Origin: Nitrospirota bacterium
Lineage (GTDB): Bacteria > Nitrospirota > JACRHJ01
Direction of reading: 5' to 3'
Length of the DNA: 64,000 nt
NCBI GenBank assembly: GCA_963845245.1
Contig: CAWJRJ010000016.1
Coordinates: forward strand, 168,756-232,755
Shown here: piece by piece, positions 53,931 through 64,000 of the stretch
Position numbering within the stretch: position 1 is the stretch's first letter
How the letters are laid out: the number at the start of each line of letters is the position of its first letter
Notes under the pieces: model-generated
Told to the model about the DNA's origin: nothing
The model's database searches: none
The model's input: the letters and a program-made list of their open reading frames with translations, nothing else
Made by a program: the position numbers and the translations under genes

Positions 53931-55922
53931 TTGAAAGATAATACTACAGCTTCAAAAAATGCTACTGTTTTCCCGGGACCATGGGGAGGGATCCTGGGAG
54001 CCCTCCTATTTTTTACAACAATACTTCTAATCCCCAGGGAAAGCTATGCCCTGATCAACTACGGCACCGACCTCAGTTATCAGCAAAACGATACCGTAAA
54101 CGGCACTGATACTACGAGCTCAGTGCAAGAGAGGTTCAGTTTCTATTTCAACGTTATCTCAAAGCCATCGTCCAGGCTCTCCCTGGCGGGGATACTGAGG
54201 TTTGACGTACTAGATGACAAGACGATCCCCGGCACCAACAGCCTGGAGTTACAGCCGAACGTGGACGTTAATATCTCTTCGAGCGCCGTCCAGTTCGGCG
54301 TGGGTTACAGGCAGATTATCCAGAACCAGTCGGTTATATCGGGTGCCGGCACGACAACCAGTGCGACTAACCTGAAGAACAACTCGGATGACTGGTACGT
54401 GGATACCACCATAAGGGCCGGCAAACTTCCCACGTTTAGGCTCAGATATGAAGTCAGGGACCAGTCTCAGATAACTGATGGGGAGGCAACCGCCAAGACC
54501 AAAACCGACGACCTGCAGGGCTCGCTTAACTACAAGCTGGGGCCTTTGTTTATAAATGCGAATTATCGCAATCTATCGACCGAGGACAAGATAACAGGGA
54601 TTTTAACCGATGAAACGCAGATACTGGGACAGGCGAGCATGAGCCAGAAAATCGGGTCCAAGGTCAATTTTGGAATTCGAGACGACTATAACCTGGACAA
54701 TGTCAAGACTGATAACGTCACCACCACGAAAAGGTACTCAAACTATAGCGAACTGCGGGTCGTCTACAACCCCTTCATGGGCCTGAACCTTAACTCGACC
54801 TATTCATATCGCATGTCCGACGACACGTTTGCAGGTACGGGTAAGACAACCGAAACTGGATGGTATTCCTCGTTCAACTACGCGTTTCCCAAATACCTGC
54901 GCCTGTACGGATCATACTATACATTGCAAACGGATAATCAGGGCAACAGCATTACCACCACTAATACCTCCACCACGCCTGCCACCATAACCACCACCAT
55001 CACGCAGGCCGCCAAAACTGTTAACGACAACGCGATAGCGGGTTTGAATTTCTCCAACACGTTTGGCAAATATGCCTTCACATTAAGGTATGAGAGACGG
55101 GTGAACACCATAACTACCGAACAGCCTGGCGTCACCACCATCACCACTCCCCCCCCCGTCACTCCCCCCACCCCCACAAGCACCACCACTACTAAAAATA
55201 GTGTTACAACAGACAACCTGGACTGGGTGTTGTCTACCCACCTGAAGCCATACCTGTTGGTCACTCTTTCGGAGTCATACGTCGGTACTGCAACAGTCGT
55301 CACCCCAGCCGTCGCAAGTAGTAACGGGAACACCTCCAACAACATGTTCAGGCTCAAGGTCGACCTGGGCCCCGTCAGGAACATGTCCCTGAACCCTTAT
55401 GTCGATTATACGTTGGCGACGGCCATCGACGGGACGCAAACGGTGACGAAGGAGCTGGTAATTCCGGCAAGTTTCCGTATCATGCTTCACCAGAAACTGG
55501 AGCTAAACCTATCCGATAATTACCAGTGGAGTAGTTCCAGTACCCCGTTGGTTCTGAATACCTCATCGAACAATAACGCGTTAATAAGGGTCACCCTTCT
55601 TAAGCCATTCCCCGGGACTACCATAGGCGGGGACGCTTCTTTTACTACGTCAAGCACCAACACCTCTCCAGCGACCAGCACCAGCGCGTATACGCTGAGG
55701 GTGAACTGGAGCAAGATGCCGCATACGTTTGCGGCAAACCTAAGATACCAGACGGGGACAGACACCCCTGCGACTTCGAGTATTTCTTTGCTGTACGGGC
55801 TTGTGGTTAGACTTAAAAAACTCTCGCTGGCATTTCAGGCAAGGTACGATTACTCTGTTGTCATGTCGTCTGAAAAAAGCTCGAACCAGACGATTTACAT
55901 GCTTCTGAGTATGAAAAAATAA
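53931..55922 (+). CDS. Putative outer-membrane beta-barrel with Thr/Pro-rich loops
   Basis: Signal peptide; alternating amphipathic strands rich in Y/S/N/T; located in a cytochrome cluster. Confidence 0.72.
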   Translation: MKDNTTASKNATVFPGPWGGILGALLFFTTILLIPRESYALINYGTDLSYQQNDTVNGTDTTSSVQERFSFYFNVISKPSSRLSLAGILRFDVLDDKTIPGTNSLELQPNVDVNISSSAVQFGVGYRQIIQNQSVISGAGTTTSATNLKNNSDDWYVDTTIRAGKLPTFRLRYEVRDQSQITDGEATAKTKTDDLQGSLNYKLGPLFINANYRNLSTEDKITGILTDETQILGQASMSQKIGSKVNFGIRDDYNLDNVKTDNVTTTKRYSNYSELRVVYNPFMGLNLNSTYSYRMSDDTFAGTGKTTETGWYSSFNYAFPKYLRLYGSYYTLQTDNQGNSITTTNTSTTPATITTTITQAAKTVNDNAIAGLNFSNTFGKYAFTLRYERRVNTITTEQPGVTTITTPPPVTPPTPTSTTTTKNSVTTDNLDWVLSTHLKPYLLVTLSESYVGTATVVTPAVASSNGNTSNNMFRLKVDLGPVRNMSLNPYVDYTLATAIDGTQTVTKELVIPASFRIMLHQKLELNLSDNYQWSSSSTPLVLNTSSNNNALIRVTLLKPFPGTTIGGDASFTTSSTNTSPATSTSAYTLRVNWSKMPHTFAANLRYQTGTDTPATSSISLLYGLVVRLKKLSLAFQARYDYSVVMSSEKSSNQTIYMLLSMKK

Positions 55923-56009
55923 GCAAACTAATGGTTGATTTTGGTTGATATTCTATGTTGGCTGTGATAAAAGACTAGTTCATAAGTATTAGGGGGAGGG
56001 GGGAGTAGT

Positions 56010-56795
56010 ATGGTCTCTATAAGCAGGATGGCGTTGACGATTGTCATCGCGCTATCGGTTAGTCTCATCGGTTGTGGCGGGGCGACCACAAGGCTTTTCT
56101 CAAAACCGATATCAGAATCACCGTATATCACTTACCAGGAATGGGGTCCGAACAGGGACGTCGCGGTAATGCCGCTGGTCAACGTGGCCAAGGACAAGGA
56201 TGCCGGCATAAAGACCAGGGAGCTCCTTGTTACCGAACTCTATACCAGCGGTGCCTTCAAAGACGTGGTGGACGAAGGCGAGATGCTCGAGGTTATGAAA
56301 AAGCTGAAGGTCAGAGAGACGGACAGCCTGGGTAAGGACGCGATAAAGACCCTCGGCGACAACCTTGGCGTACAGGCAATAATCTTCGGCACCGTTACTG
56401 AATATACTGAGCGCTCAAGCAAAGGGGCGCTTTTCGCCGTCTCGCTCAGGATGGTCGACGTTGAGACCGGGAGCATATTGTGGATTGGAAACGCATCAAA
56501 GGAAGGCGGAGGCTCTATCTCCGAGGCCCTTGGTCTTTCCGACGGGCCTACTATTGTAGACGTGGCAAGGTCCGTGCTTAGTGACCTCGTTGACGACCTC
56601 GCCAGCGAGATCAAGCACCGCAAGGTAAAATCCAAAAAACCTGAAGGGGCTGCTGCAGGGAAGAAAGATATCCCGCAGAATGCCAAGGCAGGCGAAAAGG
56701 GTGGATTACAGCAGCAGGCTGGGCCAGTTTCTTCGCCAACCGTAAAAGCGACTTCCGCCGGCATGGCGTCATTTCCTGCCGCGGGTGGGAACTAA
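56010..56795 (+). CDS. CsgG/PelC-like outer-membrane lipoprotein
   Basis: Lipobox LIGC; VAVMPLVN, LGVQAIIFGTVTEY, LRMVDVETGSILW. Confidence 0.78.
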   Translation: MVSISRMALTIVIALSVSLIGCGGATTRLFSKPISESPYITYQEWGPNRDVAVMPLVNVAKDKDAGIKTRELLVTELYTSGAFKDVVDEGEMLEVMKKLKVRETDSLGKDAIKTLGDNLGVQAIIFGTVTEYTERSSKGALFAVSLRMVDVETGSILWIGNASKEGGGSISEALGLSDGPTIVDVARSVLSDLVDDLASEIKHRKVKSKKPEGAAAGKKDIPQNAKAGEKGGLQQQAGPVSSPTVKATSAGMASFPAAGGN

Positions 56796-56829
56796 AATTT
56801 TTCGAGCTGGAACAGTGGAGATGCCATAA

Positions 56830-58347
56830 ATGGGCAACATAAGCTCCCTCAGAAAAAAAATCCCGTTGCTGCTGGCTGCGGCATTGAGTATCTTTTTCCT
56901 TTCTGCCTGTGGGAGCAAGGTGGTAATAGGGCGGGCGAGGCCGGCCGAGCCGGTCACGCAAGAGAAGGCCAAGCCTGCCAAGCCAGCACCCAAAAAGCCC
57001 GTGGAAGTCAATGAGGCCCCGAAGGCTGCTGCGACTGCGACTGCGACTGAAGATACCGCAAAACCTGCAACCTCTACAGGCGGCGGTATGATGTCGCTTC
57101 CCACCAAAACGGCGAAGGCCGAGGAGCCGGTTGTACCACAAAGTTCCCCTGCAAGGCCGGCCCCGGAAGCGAAATCCGACGAAAAAAACAGTACATCGGT
57201 TTCCCCATACAAGCTTGACCTGTCGTATGGCGGTTTTGGGCTGGGCGTCGGTTTGTTCGATACGCCCGTCGCTGTTGCCGTCGATGACCAGGAAAACATG
57301 TATGTGGTGGACCAGGGCAACTTCCGTATTCAAAAGTTTGACCGCTACGGCATATTCCAGTTTGCCTGGGGAAGGCAAGGCATGGGCGATGACGAGTTTA
57401 CCGAACAGCCCGGCCCGGTTTTGCGTATGACCGGGCAATTCGACTTCAACAAGCCTATCGGGATACTTGTGGACAAAGATGACACGAGGAACCTGATCAG
57501 AATCCATGTCGTGGACTCGCTTAACAACAGGATAGAGAGGTTCCTCCTTGTCCAGCGTCAGGGCGAGTTGTTCCCGAGTTCCCCCGACCAGCTGAACGTA
57601 TTCTGGAAACTTACCAAGACAGGGCGGGTGAGCGATACCGGACCTGGCGATACGCTCGAGGAGAAGTACAAGCGGGATGGGCTTCAGGTCATACTCGACC
57701 CGTTATATCTGGAATCAGACTCAAGCTGCAACAAGGCAAATGCGATTCTTCTTGCGCCCTTTGTCTGGGGTGGACTTGGCTATACGCAGGGGCTTTTAAA
57801 TAACCCTACCTACATAGCCAAGGATGAAAACAATATCATTTATGTATCGGACACCGAGAACGGCAGGGTGCAGGGCTTCTACCTGAACCCCAACGACTGC
57901 CGTACCGATGCTACGTTCTACAAGGAATGGGGCAATGACATCAACCTGCCCTACGGCGCCGGAAGGCTGAAGGAGCCTACCGCAATAGTGTTTGACAATA
58001 CAGGATTTGGCGGGTTCCTCGTGCTGGACAAGCTTCAGGGCGGCTCATACAACATCCAGAAGTTCGATAAGGATGGACAGTACGTTGGGGTCTTTGCTGT
58101 TTCCGGCGACAAGGAAGGCCAGTTCAGGCAGCCAGTAGGCATTGCAATAAATAGCTTTGACAACACGGTATTTATTACGGACAAATCCCGCAGAAAGGTC
58201 ATGGTCTATAATAACAAGGGTGAATTCATGTATGAGTTCGGCGGCGAGGAACTCGCCGACCCCAGGGGTATTGCAGTGCTCAGGAACAACTACGTATATG
58301 TAACAGACGCCGCAAAAAATATGGTTTACAGGTATGTTCCCCAATAG
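56830..58347 (+). CDS. NHL-repeat lipoprotein
   Basis: Lipobox LSAC, Pro/Ala/Lys linker, NHL repeats. Confidence 0.85.
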   Translation: MGNISSLRKKIPLLLAAALSIFFLSACGSKVVIGRARPAEPVTQEKAKPAKPAPKKPVEVNEAPKAAATATATEDTAKPATSTGGGMMSLPTKTAKAEEPVVPQSSPARPAPEAKSDEKNSTSVSPYKLDLSYGGFGLGVGLFDTPVAVAVDDQENMYVVDQGNFRIQKFDRYGIFQFAWGRQGMGDDEFTEQPGPVLRMTGQFDFNKPIGILVDKDDTRNLIRIHVVDSLNNRIERFLLVQRQGELFPSSPDQLNVFWKLTKTGRVSDTGPGDTLEEKYKRDGLQVILDPLYLESDSSCNKANAILLAPFVWGGLGYTQGLLNNPTYIAKDENNIIYVSDTENGRVQGFYLNPNDCRTDATFYKEWGNDINLPYGAGRLKEPTAIVFDNTGFGGFLVLDKLQGGSYNIQKFDKDGQYVGVFAVSGDKEGQFRQPVGIAINSFDNTVFITDKSRRKVMVYNNKGEFMYEFGGEELADPRGIAVLRNNYVYVTDAAKNMVYRYVPQ

Positions 58348-59515
58348 GCTTTTCTGGCGCATGACCTGCGCCGCCATTCCTGCTTTTCTCTTTTTCATTA
58401 TAGCCGTGCCGGCCATGTCCGCAGCAGTACCAAACCAGACGGACGAGGTGCGCATACTCGTGCCGGAGAGCCTTACATCCATTTCTTCGGAAGGTGACAA
58501 CCTTGCCGGCTCCAGGCGTGGAAGCATGTCGGTCCAATCGACCACTGGCAAGAAGATAGCGCTGGTAGGTGTGGTTGCGAAGGGGGCAAAGTTCGAGGTG
58601 GAGATATTGAACGGGGTTACGCATATCAAACCCGTCTTCCACGAACGTTACTTTCATGCCCAGGTGACCCTTTCCCTTGGCGTGAATATGATTGAGGTCC
58701 GATGGCTCAAGCCCGGCGGGCAGTGGAACTCAAAGGATATCTCCATATTCAGGTCATCAAAAATCGAGGGCGGGGTTACAGGAAACTATCCATCTTACAC
58801 CTTCCACCGGTTGGTCAACGAGGAACACTGCCAGGAATGCCACCAGATGGGGTTGACTAAAGAGGAGATCAGCACGGGAATGGAACGTAGCTGCCTCAAA
58901 TGTCACGTGAGCCTGACTGAAAACCTGTTCGTCCATGGTCCTGTAAGTGTGGGCATATGCACTGTATGCCACGACCCGGACAGCACTCCAAACAAATACA
59001 AGGTGCAGGAGAACGACAACGTCCTCTGCTACGGATGCCACGAAGAGAGGAGGAAGATAGACGAGAGTAAAAAACTCCAACATGGGCCGGTTGGCGCCGG
59101 GATGTGCACAGTTTGCCATGACCCGCACGGATCTTCCTTCCAGTACCAGCTGGTAAAGTCGAAAAACGAGATCTGCGTGATGTGCCATCAGGATGATGCG
59201 GACAGGTGGATGCATTTGAACAGCCTGCATCCGCCTTTTAAGTCAGGAAACTGCCCAGGGTGTCATGACCCACATTCGTCGGATTTCAAATACAACCTCA
59301 AGGTCGACAGGAAAGATCTCTGCGCTCTCTGCCACGAAATTCCTGTACCTGGCCATCTGCACGAGGTAGGCAAAGTCCCACGATTCAAGCTGCCTGATGA
59401 TTTCCCGCTCACGAGCGACGGGAAGCTCATGTGTCTGACCTGCCACGACCCGCACGGCGCCATCGGCGCAAAGCTCACTCGCCGTGACGGCTGCGACGCC
59501 TGCCACAACAAATAA
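58334..59515 (+). CDS. Exported decaheme cytochrome c (doubled-CXXCH type)
   Basis: 10 CxxCH; repeated HGPV..G.CTVCHDPH...LC..CH units. Confidence 0.93.
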   Translation: MFPNRLFWRMTCAAIPAFLFFIIAVPAMSAAVPNQTDEVRILVPESLTSISSEGDNLAGSRRGSMSVQSTTGKKIALVGVVAKGAKFEVEILNGVTHIKPVFHERYFHAQVTLSLGVNMIEVRWLKPGGQWNSKDISIFRSSKIEGGVTGNYPSYTFHRLVNEEHCQECHQMGLTKEEISTGMERSCLKCHVSLTENLFVHGPVSVGICTVCHDPDSTPNKYKVQENDNVLCYGCHEERRKIDESKKLQHGPVGAGMCTVCHDPHGSSFQYQLVKSKNEICVMCHQDDADRWMHLNSLHPPFKSGNCPGCHDPHSSDFKYNLKVDRKDLCALCHEIPVPGHLHEVGKVPRFKLPDDFPLTSDGKLMCLTCHDPHGAIGAKLTRRDGCDACHNK

Positions 59516-60298
59516 TTAAAGGTATTTACTGAGGGAATTAATGCTCTTGACCGCGTCTTCCTTCGAATGCGCTTCAAGCGTATAAACGGGGTCGATGACC
59601 AGCTCGCCGAGTTTTTTAAAAAGCTCGCCGAAATCTAACTTGCCGTCACCAATGGGGAAGTGGTCGTCGTTGACTCCGCAGTTGTCGTGGAGGTGCAGCT
59701 CGAATATGTAAGGATGCATCCCTTCTACCCACTCGCCCACGCTCATCTTTGAGAATAACTCGCGGTGGCCCACGTCGAAGCATAGGCCGAAGAGCGGGTG
59801 GTTCATCCTCTGTGCCAGGAGCCTCAAGTGTGTTGGCTCGGTGTCCACGATATTCTCTATCGCTATCTTTATCCCGTCTTTCTCGGCCATCTCGACTACC
59901 GGCCGCCAAGTCTTCAGGCTCTGGGAAAGCCATAACTCCACATTTCCAGCATATTTCCAGTGCTCGTACCCTGAATGAAAGACTATAACGTTCGGTTTTA
60001 AAATTTCCGAGAAAGAAAGCACCTGCATGTAGCGGTACAGGGACGCCTCAGCTATTTTGGAATCTACCGCGCCGGGGGAAAGGTCCATGAAAGGGCCGTG
60101 TATAGAGAGCGTATGCTCCCAGTCCAGGGCATTTTTCAGCGTGTGGAGGTCGGCCTCGGATATTCCGTCGATTGCGCTGGTGTTCAGGTACAGCTCTATA
60201 CTGTACCTGTTCTCACGTAGAAAGGCCGCGTATTTATTAAACTCGGAATAGGGTACGTGCACGTGTACCCTGGGCTTTACGGGTGGAGTGCGGGACAT
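59516..60298 (-). CDS. Sugar-phosphate isomerase/epimerase (AP endonuclease 2 TIM barrel)
   Basis: HGPFMDLSPG, IAIEN, CFDVGH, LHLHDN..DDH.PIGDG. Confidence 0.88.
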   Translation of the reverse strand: MSRTPPVKPRVHVHVPYSEFNKYAAFLRENRYSIELYLNTSAIDGISEADLHTLKNALDWEHTLSIHGPFMDLSPGAVDSKIAEASLYRYMQVLSFSEILKPNVIVFHSGYEHWKYAGNVELWLSQSLKTWRPVVEMAEKDGIKIAIENIVDTEPTHLRLLAQRMNHPLFGLCFDVGHRELFSKMSVGEWVEGMHPYIFELHLHDNCGVNDDHFPIGDGKLDFGELFKKLGELVIDPVYTLEAHSKEDAVKSINSLSKYL

Positions 60299-60302
60299 CA
60301 GG

Positions 60303-60596
60303 CTACTTCTGGCCGCAGGTCCCTGATGCGCATGCACAGGACGGGGCGGAGGCGCCTTCGGTCTTTGTCTCGGAACTGGCAGGTTTTTCTTTGGAATTTC
60401 CGCCTGGTTTCGGGCTCTTACCCGCGTAATCCGTAATGTACCAGCCGGTACCCTTGAACTGGAGCGCCGGGGTGCCCATAACCTTGCGTACCCCGCCCTT
60501 GCAGAACTTGCATTCGCTCACCGGCTCGTCGGTGAACTTCTGCATCACATCAAAATGCTGGCCGCAGGACTGGCATTCGTATTCATAGATAGGCAT
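60303..60596 (-). CDS. FmdB-family zinc-ribbon protein
   Basis: MPIYEYECQSCG...CKFC...FKGTGWYITDY. Confidence 0.9.
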   Translation of the reverse strand: MPIYEYECQSCGQHFDVMQKFTDEPVSECKFCKGGVRKVMGTPALQFKGTGWYITDYAGKSPKPGGNSKEKPASSETKTEGASAPSCACASGTCGQK

Positions 60597-60705
60597 AACT
60601 TGCTAAAACCTCCTTAAACCTTCAACAACAATAAATCTCACTAAAACTATAATATACCGAAAGCCCTTTCTTTGCAAGGGCTTTGAAACACTGCCGGTAT
60701 GTCTC

Positions 60706-62196
60706 TTATTTGACAGCCTTCAAATACTCGATTATGAGCCGGACACCGGTGCCGCGTGCGCCTTTGGGCTGGTAGGGCTTGCCCCTCTCCTCCCAGGCGG
60801 TGCCGGCGATGTCCAAGTGTACCCACGGGTAGTCCACGAACTCCTCCAGATACTTTCCGGCGGTTACTGTCGCGGCCTGCCTGCCGCCGACGTTCTTCAG
60901 GTCGGTCACGTCGCCCTTCATCCGCTCCAGGTACTCGTCCCACATCGGGAGTTCCCATACACGCTCGCCGGTGGTGTCAGCCGCTGTCGTTACCTTCGCG
61001 GCAAGCTCGGCGCTATTCGTCATGAGGCCGATCGCAAGGTCGCCAAGGGCGATAACGCAGGCGCCGGTGAGGGTCGCGATGTCTATCACTGCCTCAGGCT
61101 TGTAGCGGCTGGCATAGCAGAGCGCGTCTGAAAGCACCAGCCTGCCTTCGGCGTCGGTCGAGATTATCTCGGAGGTCTTGCCGTTCATGGACTTCACGAC
61201 GTCGCCGGGCTTTAATGCGCTGCCGCCGGGCAAGTTCTCGGAGGCAGGCACCAGGCAGACGAGGTTGACAGGCAGCTTCAGGGCGGCTGTCGCGCGCATT
61301 ATACCGATTGCAGCCGCTCCGCCAGCCATGTCGTATTTCATCTTATCCATGCCGTCGGAGGGCTTTATCGAGATGCCGCCCGAATCGAAGGTGATGCCCT
61401 TGCCGACGACGACGGTCGGCTTGGCGTTTTTCTTCTTGGAGCCGTTATACTCCATAACGATGAACTTGGCAGGCTGTACTGAGCCTGCAGATACCCCGAG
61501 GAATGCGCCCATCCCCAGCTTGTGGCAGTCTGATTCCTCCAGCACCTTCACCTTAAACCCGAACTCCTTGCCCGCCGCTTTTGCCTGTTTGGCCATGTCG
61601 GACGGGGTCATCCGGTTTGCAGGCGCGTTTATCATATCGCGTGCGAAGTTGACTGAGCCCGCGAGCAGGCTTCCTTCGACAACACCGGCCTTGACGGCAG
61701 AGGCATCGTTGGTGGAAGCGATAAGCGTTACCCTGTCGATGACCTTCTTTTTCGGGTCGGGTGTCTTGAACGTGTCGATGGTGTACATACCCATCTCGAT
61801 GCCCTGCACCATCAGGCTTGCGGTATCGCTAGGCGAAAGACCGCCGGTGCCTTCAGCCGAAGTGGTAATACTTTTAAGGCCGAGTTTCCTGGCCATGCCT
61901 GCCGCGCTTCCCGCCGCGCCCATCAGCGCCGTGCCAGTGAACTTCTCTTTTTTGCCAAGACCCGCAATTATTATTTTCGCGGGCCCGCCTTTAAGCGCAG
62001 CGGCGCTGTGGAAGAACATAACCTCGCCGGGCTTGCCGGAGTATTCGCCGTCCTTTATTGCGGATGATATGATTCCGCCAAGTGCCTTGTCCGCCTCGGC
62101 AAGTGTCCCTGCGGGTTTCTCGCTTTCAAAGACGCATATCACTGCCGCATCGGATTTTTCGCTTAGTAGTGTGCCGCTTTTTACCTTGAATTCCAT
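60706..62196 (-). CDS. pepA: Leucyl aminopeptidase (M17)
   Basis: GKGITFDSGG, MKYDMAG, TDAEGRL, DIATLTGA, HLDIAGT. Confidence 0.95.
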   Translation of the reverse strand: MEFKVKSGTLLSEKSDAAVICVFESEKPAGTLAEADKALGGIISSAIKDGEYSGKPGEVMFFHSAAALKGGPAKIIIAGLGKKEKFTGTALMGAAGSAAGMARKLGLKSITTSAEGTGGLSPSDTASLMVQGIEMGMYTIDTFKTPDPKKKVIDRVTLIASTNDASAVKAGVVEGSLLAGSVNFARDMINAPANRMTPSDMAKQAKAAGKEFGFKVKVLEESDCHKLGMGAFLGVSAGSVQPAKFIVMEYNGSKKKNAKPTVVVGKGITFDSGGISIKPSDGMDKMKYDMAGGAAAIGIMRATAALKLPVNLVCLVPASENLPGGSALKPGDVVKSMNGKTSEIISTDAEGRLVLSDALCYASRYKPEAVIDIATLTGACVIALGDLAIGLMTNSAELAAKVTTAADTTGERVWELPMWDEYLERMKGDVTDLKNVGGRQAATVTAGKYLEEFVDYPWVHLDIAGTAWEERGKPYQPKGARGTGVRLIIEYLKAVK

Positions 62197-62908
62197 CGTT
62201 ACCTCGGAGGTTGAGTTAATTGGGTTCGTCGGATTTTAATGGTATCGTGTCGTAGGACTTTGTATCGAAGTCTTCCCGCTCGCCCGCATCGAAGTGATAA
62301 TAACTGCCGCGCATCGTGAAGTCTTCCTCGCTTCCGTTAAGTTTCATAGTCAGCCTGAACGGCGAAGTGGAGAGCGGCGATGCTATGCGGGTGTCTTTCG
62401 GCATACCCTCCACGGAGTTTACCACCTTGCCTTCGGCATCCAAGCCCGGCACCGGCAACCGCTGCCTCTTTCCAGCCTGGACTGGCAGGAGGCCAGGCTT
62501 GGGCAGCGTCTCCATAGATGAGGATTGGCAGTTCAGCGGGCGTCGCGGAGTTCTGTGAGCCGGGCCGCATAGAGATGTCCCAGGCCACGGCTGAGCACCG
62601 ACAAGGCCATCAGCAATAGGATTGTGCCGGTAACCGCCCAATTCTCAACGTGGCTCGAAGTTCTCGCTGAACAATGGGATGTAGATCGTGGAGAGACGGC
62701 CCATGCGCCGGCGGGGATAATGGCCAGCCATGTGAATCGAAATCCTGCGGATCTTCGGATAGCGGCGATGGGAGATGGAAGACGTGTCCGAAACGATGAA
62801 CCTTGCGTTCTGCATGGCAGCTCCAACCGATAAGCATGTCGAGACGCCGGCAATGCTAATCGGATTGGCTGAGATACTGATGAGAAGCAGCCGGCGGAGT
62901 TGATCGCT

Positions 62909-63814
62909 CTATTTCAACGCATTAAGGATATCGGTCACATCATGCTGGAGCATGTCGAGGTAGTTCGAGGCGGGACCATTCGGAGGCGGAGAGGGTCTCC
63001 ACGTAGAGATCGGTCACGACCTTGGCGCCGCTCTCCGACGCAATTTGGTTTGCCAGGTTCTGATTTTCGCTGGCGTCCAGGAAGATGGCAGGGGCGTGGT
63101 TGCTCTTGACAGTATCGATCAGGCTAGCCATCTGCTGGGCAGAGGGCGAGGCTTCATCCGTCACGCTGGGGATGACCGCGCCGACGACCTTGAAACCGTA
63201 AGCGTCAGCGAAATAGCCGAGCGCGTCATGATTGGTGACGAGCAAGCGCTTCTCGGGCGGAACTTCCGCGACCTGCGTCTTGATCCAGGTGTCGAGGTCC
63301 TTCAGCTTCGGGATATAGGCGCTGGCATTGGCTGTGTAGACGATCCTTACCGGCAGGGTCGGCCTTCGATAAGCCCGTCCCGGATATTGTCCACGTAGGT
63401 CACCACCTTCGCCGGATCCATCCACATGTGTGGATCGCCATCCGGATGCTCGCCGGAGGGATCGGAGTTCGGGGTCAATCCCTGGCGTAGCCACAACGAC
63501 CAGGCGCTGTCCGCCGGCATCCTGAAGAGATTTCGTCAGCCAGGTCTCGTAACCGAGGCCGTTGACGATCAGCACCTGGCTCTGTGCAATCTTGATCGCG
63601 TCCTGAGGCGCCGGTTGGAATTCATGCGGATCGATACCCGGTGTGAGCAGGGTGTCGATATGCAGTCGCTGCCCGGCGACGTTTTGAGCCATGTCGCTGA
63701 GGAAGGTCTCGGTGGCGAGGACATGGAGGGCTCCGGGGGGGGATGAGGTGCTTGCCGCGAGCAGCTGGTGAGAAGCACGGCAACGATACATAGAACCAGT
63801 AAATGCCTTGGCAT
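62909..63814 (-). CDS. Zn/Mn/Fe ABC transporter substrate-binding lipoprotein (ZnuA/TroA family; several frameshifts)
   Basis: Lipobox LTSC, DPHEF, DPHMWMDP, VTNHDALGYFA.YG. Confidence 0.85.
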
Positions 63815-63904
63815 GGAGTCTCTCCTTCGAATGCGGACGCCCAGGACCGGCAGGCTGCCGCTATACAGGGACCGCGTCACGTGCTCCCTGCTTGCAAATG
63901 ATAC

Positions 63905-63948
63905 TGAAAATCATTTTCAATATTAACCAAATGAGCGCAAAAGGTCAA
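63905..63948 (-). promoter_or_regulatory. Promoter with Fur-family/metalloregulator-like operator
   Basis: Minus strand TTGACC-N17-TAATAT directly followed by the perfect 7-1-7 palindrome TGAAAAT-N-ATTTTCA (63905-63919). Confidence 0.65.
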
Positions 63949-64000
63949 GGTGGCAACGTGCTTGCCACTCGGGACAGCGGATTAGGATGGATTGGCCTGA

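Overview
64-kb chromosomal window from a Gram-negative, probably anaerobic bacterium. Gene content suggests Nitrospirota or Desulfobacterota, which is inference only. In order, the window holds: (1) the 3' part of an arsenic-resistance-type operon (arsA, small CPxCG zinc-finger ORF, two thioredoxin-fold proteins, ccdA) running without a visible terminator into the mercury-methylation genes hgcA-hgcB and a metallophosphoesterase; (2) a heat-shock operon hsp20-dnaJ-hspR-clpB with a HAIR-like operator over a consensus promoter; (3) an accessory hot spot after clpB (secreted ankyrin protein bracketed by a duplicate of the clpB 3' end, a vWA/repeat/double-OmpA protein, and a cassette-like membrane gene); (4) def-fmt-DUF116-rsmB-PASTA-rpe; (5) an AT-rich three-gene island resembling the CmdTAC anti-phage toxin-antitoxin-chaperone system; (6) ffh-rpsP-khpA-rimM-trmD-SPOUT-rplS-rnhB and small enzymes; (7) a ~24-kb, 14-gene co-oriented cluster with four multiheme cytochromes (51 CxxCH plus 3 non-canonical motifs), three NHL beta-propellers, a PPIase, a beta-barrel, a CsgG-like lipoprotein, a GT-C glycosyltransferase and an Ig-like protein, a candidate cytochrome-nanowire/extracellular electron transfer apparatus; (8) pepA and a compositionally different terminal segment with a metal-binding ABC lipoprotein. 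Many single-base frameshifts, including in essential genes, most likely reflect sequencing error. No rRNA, tRNA, CRISPR array, transposase or integrase was recognised. All family calls come from motif recognition, not database searches.
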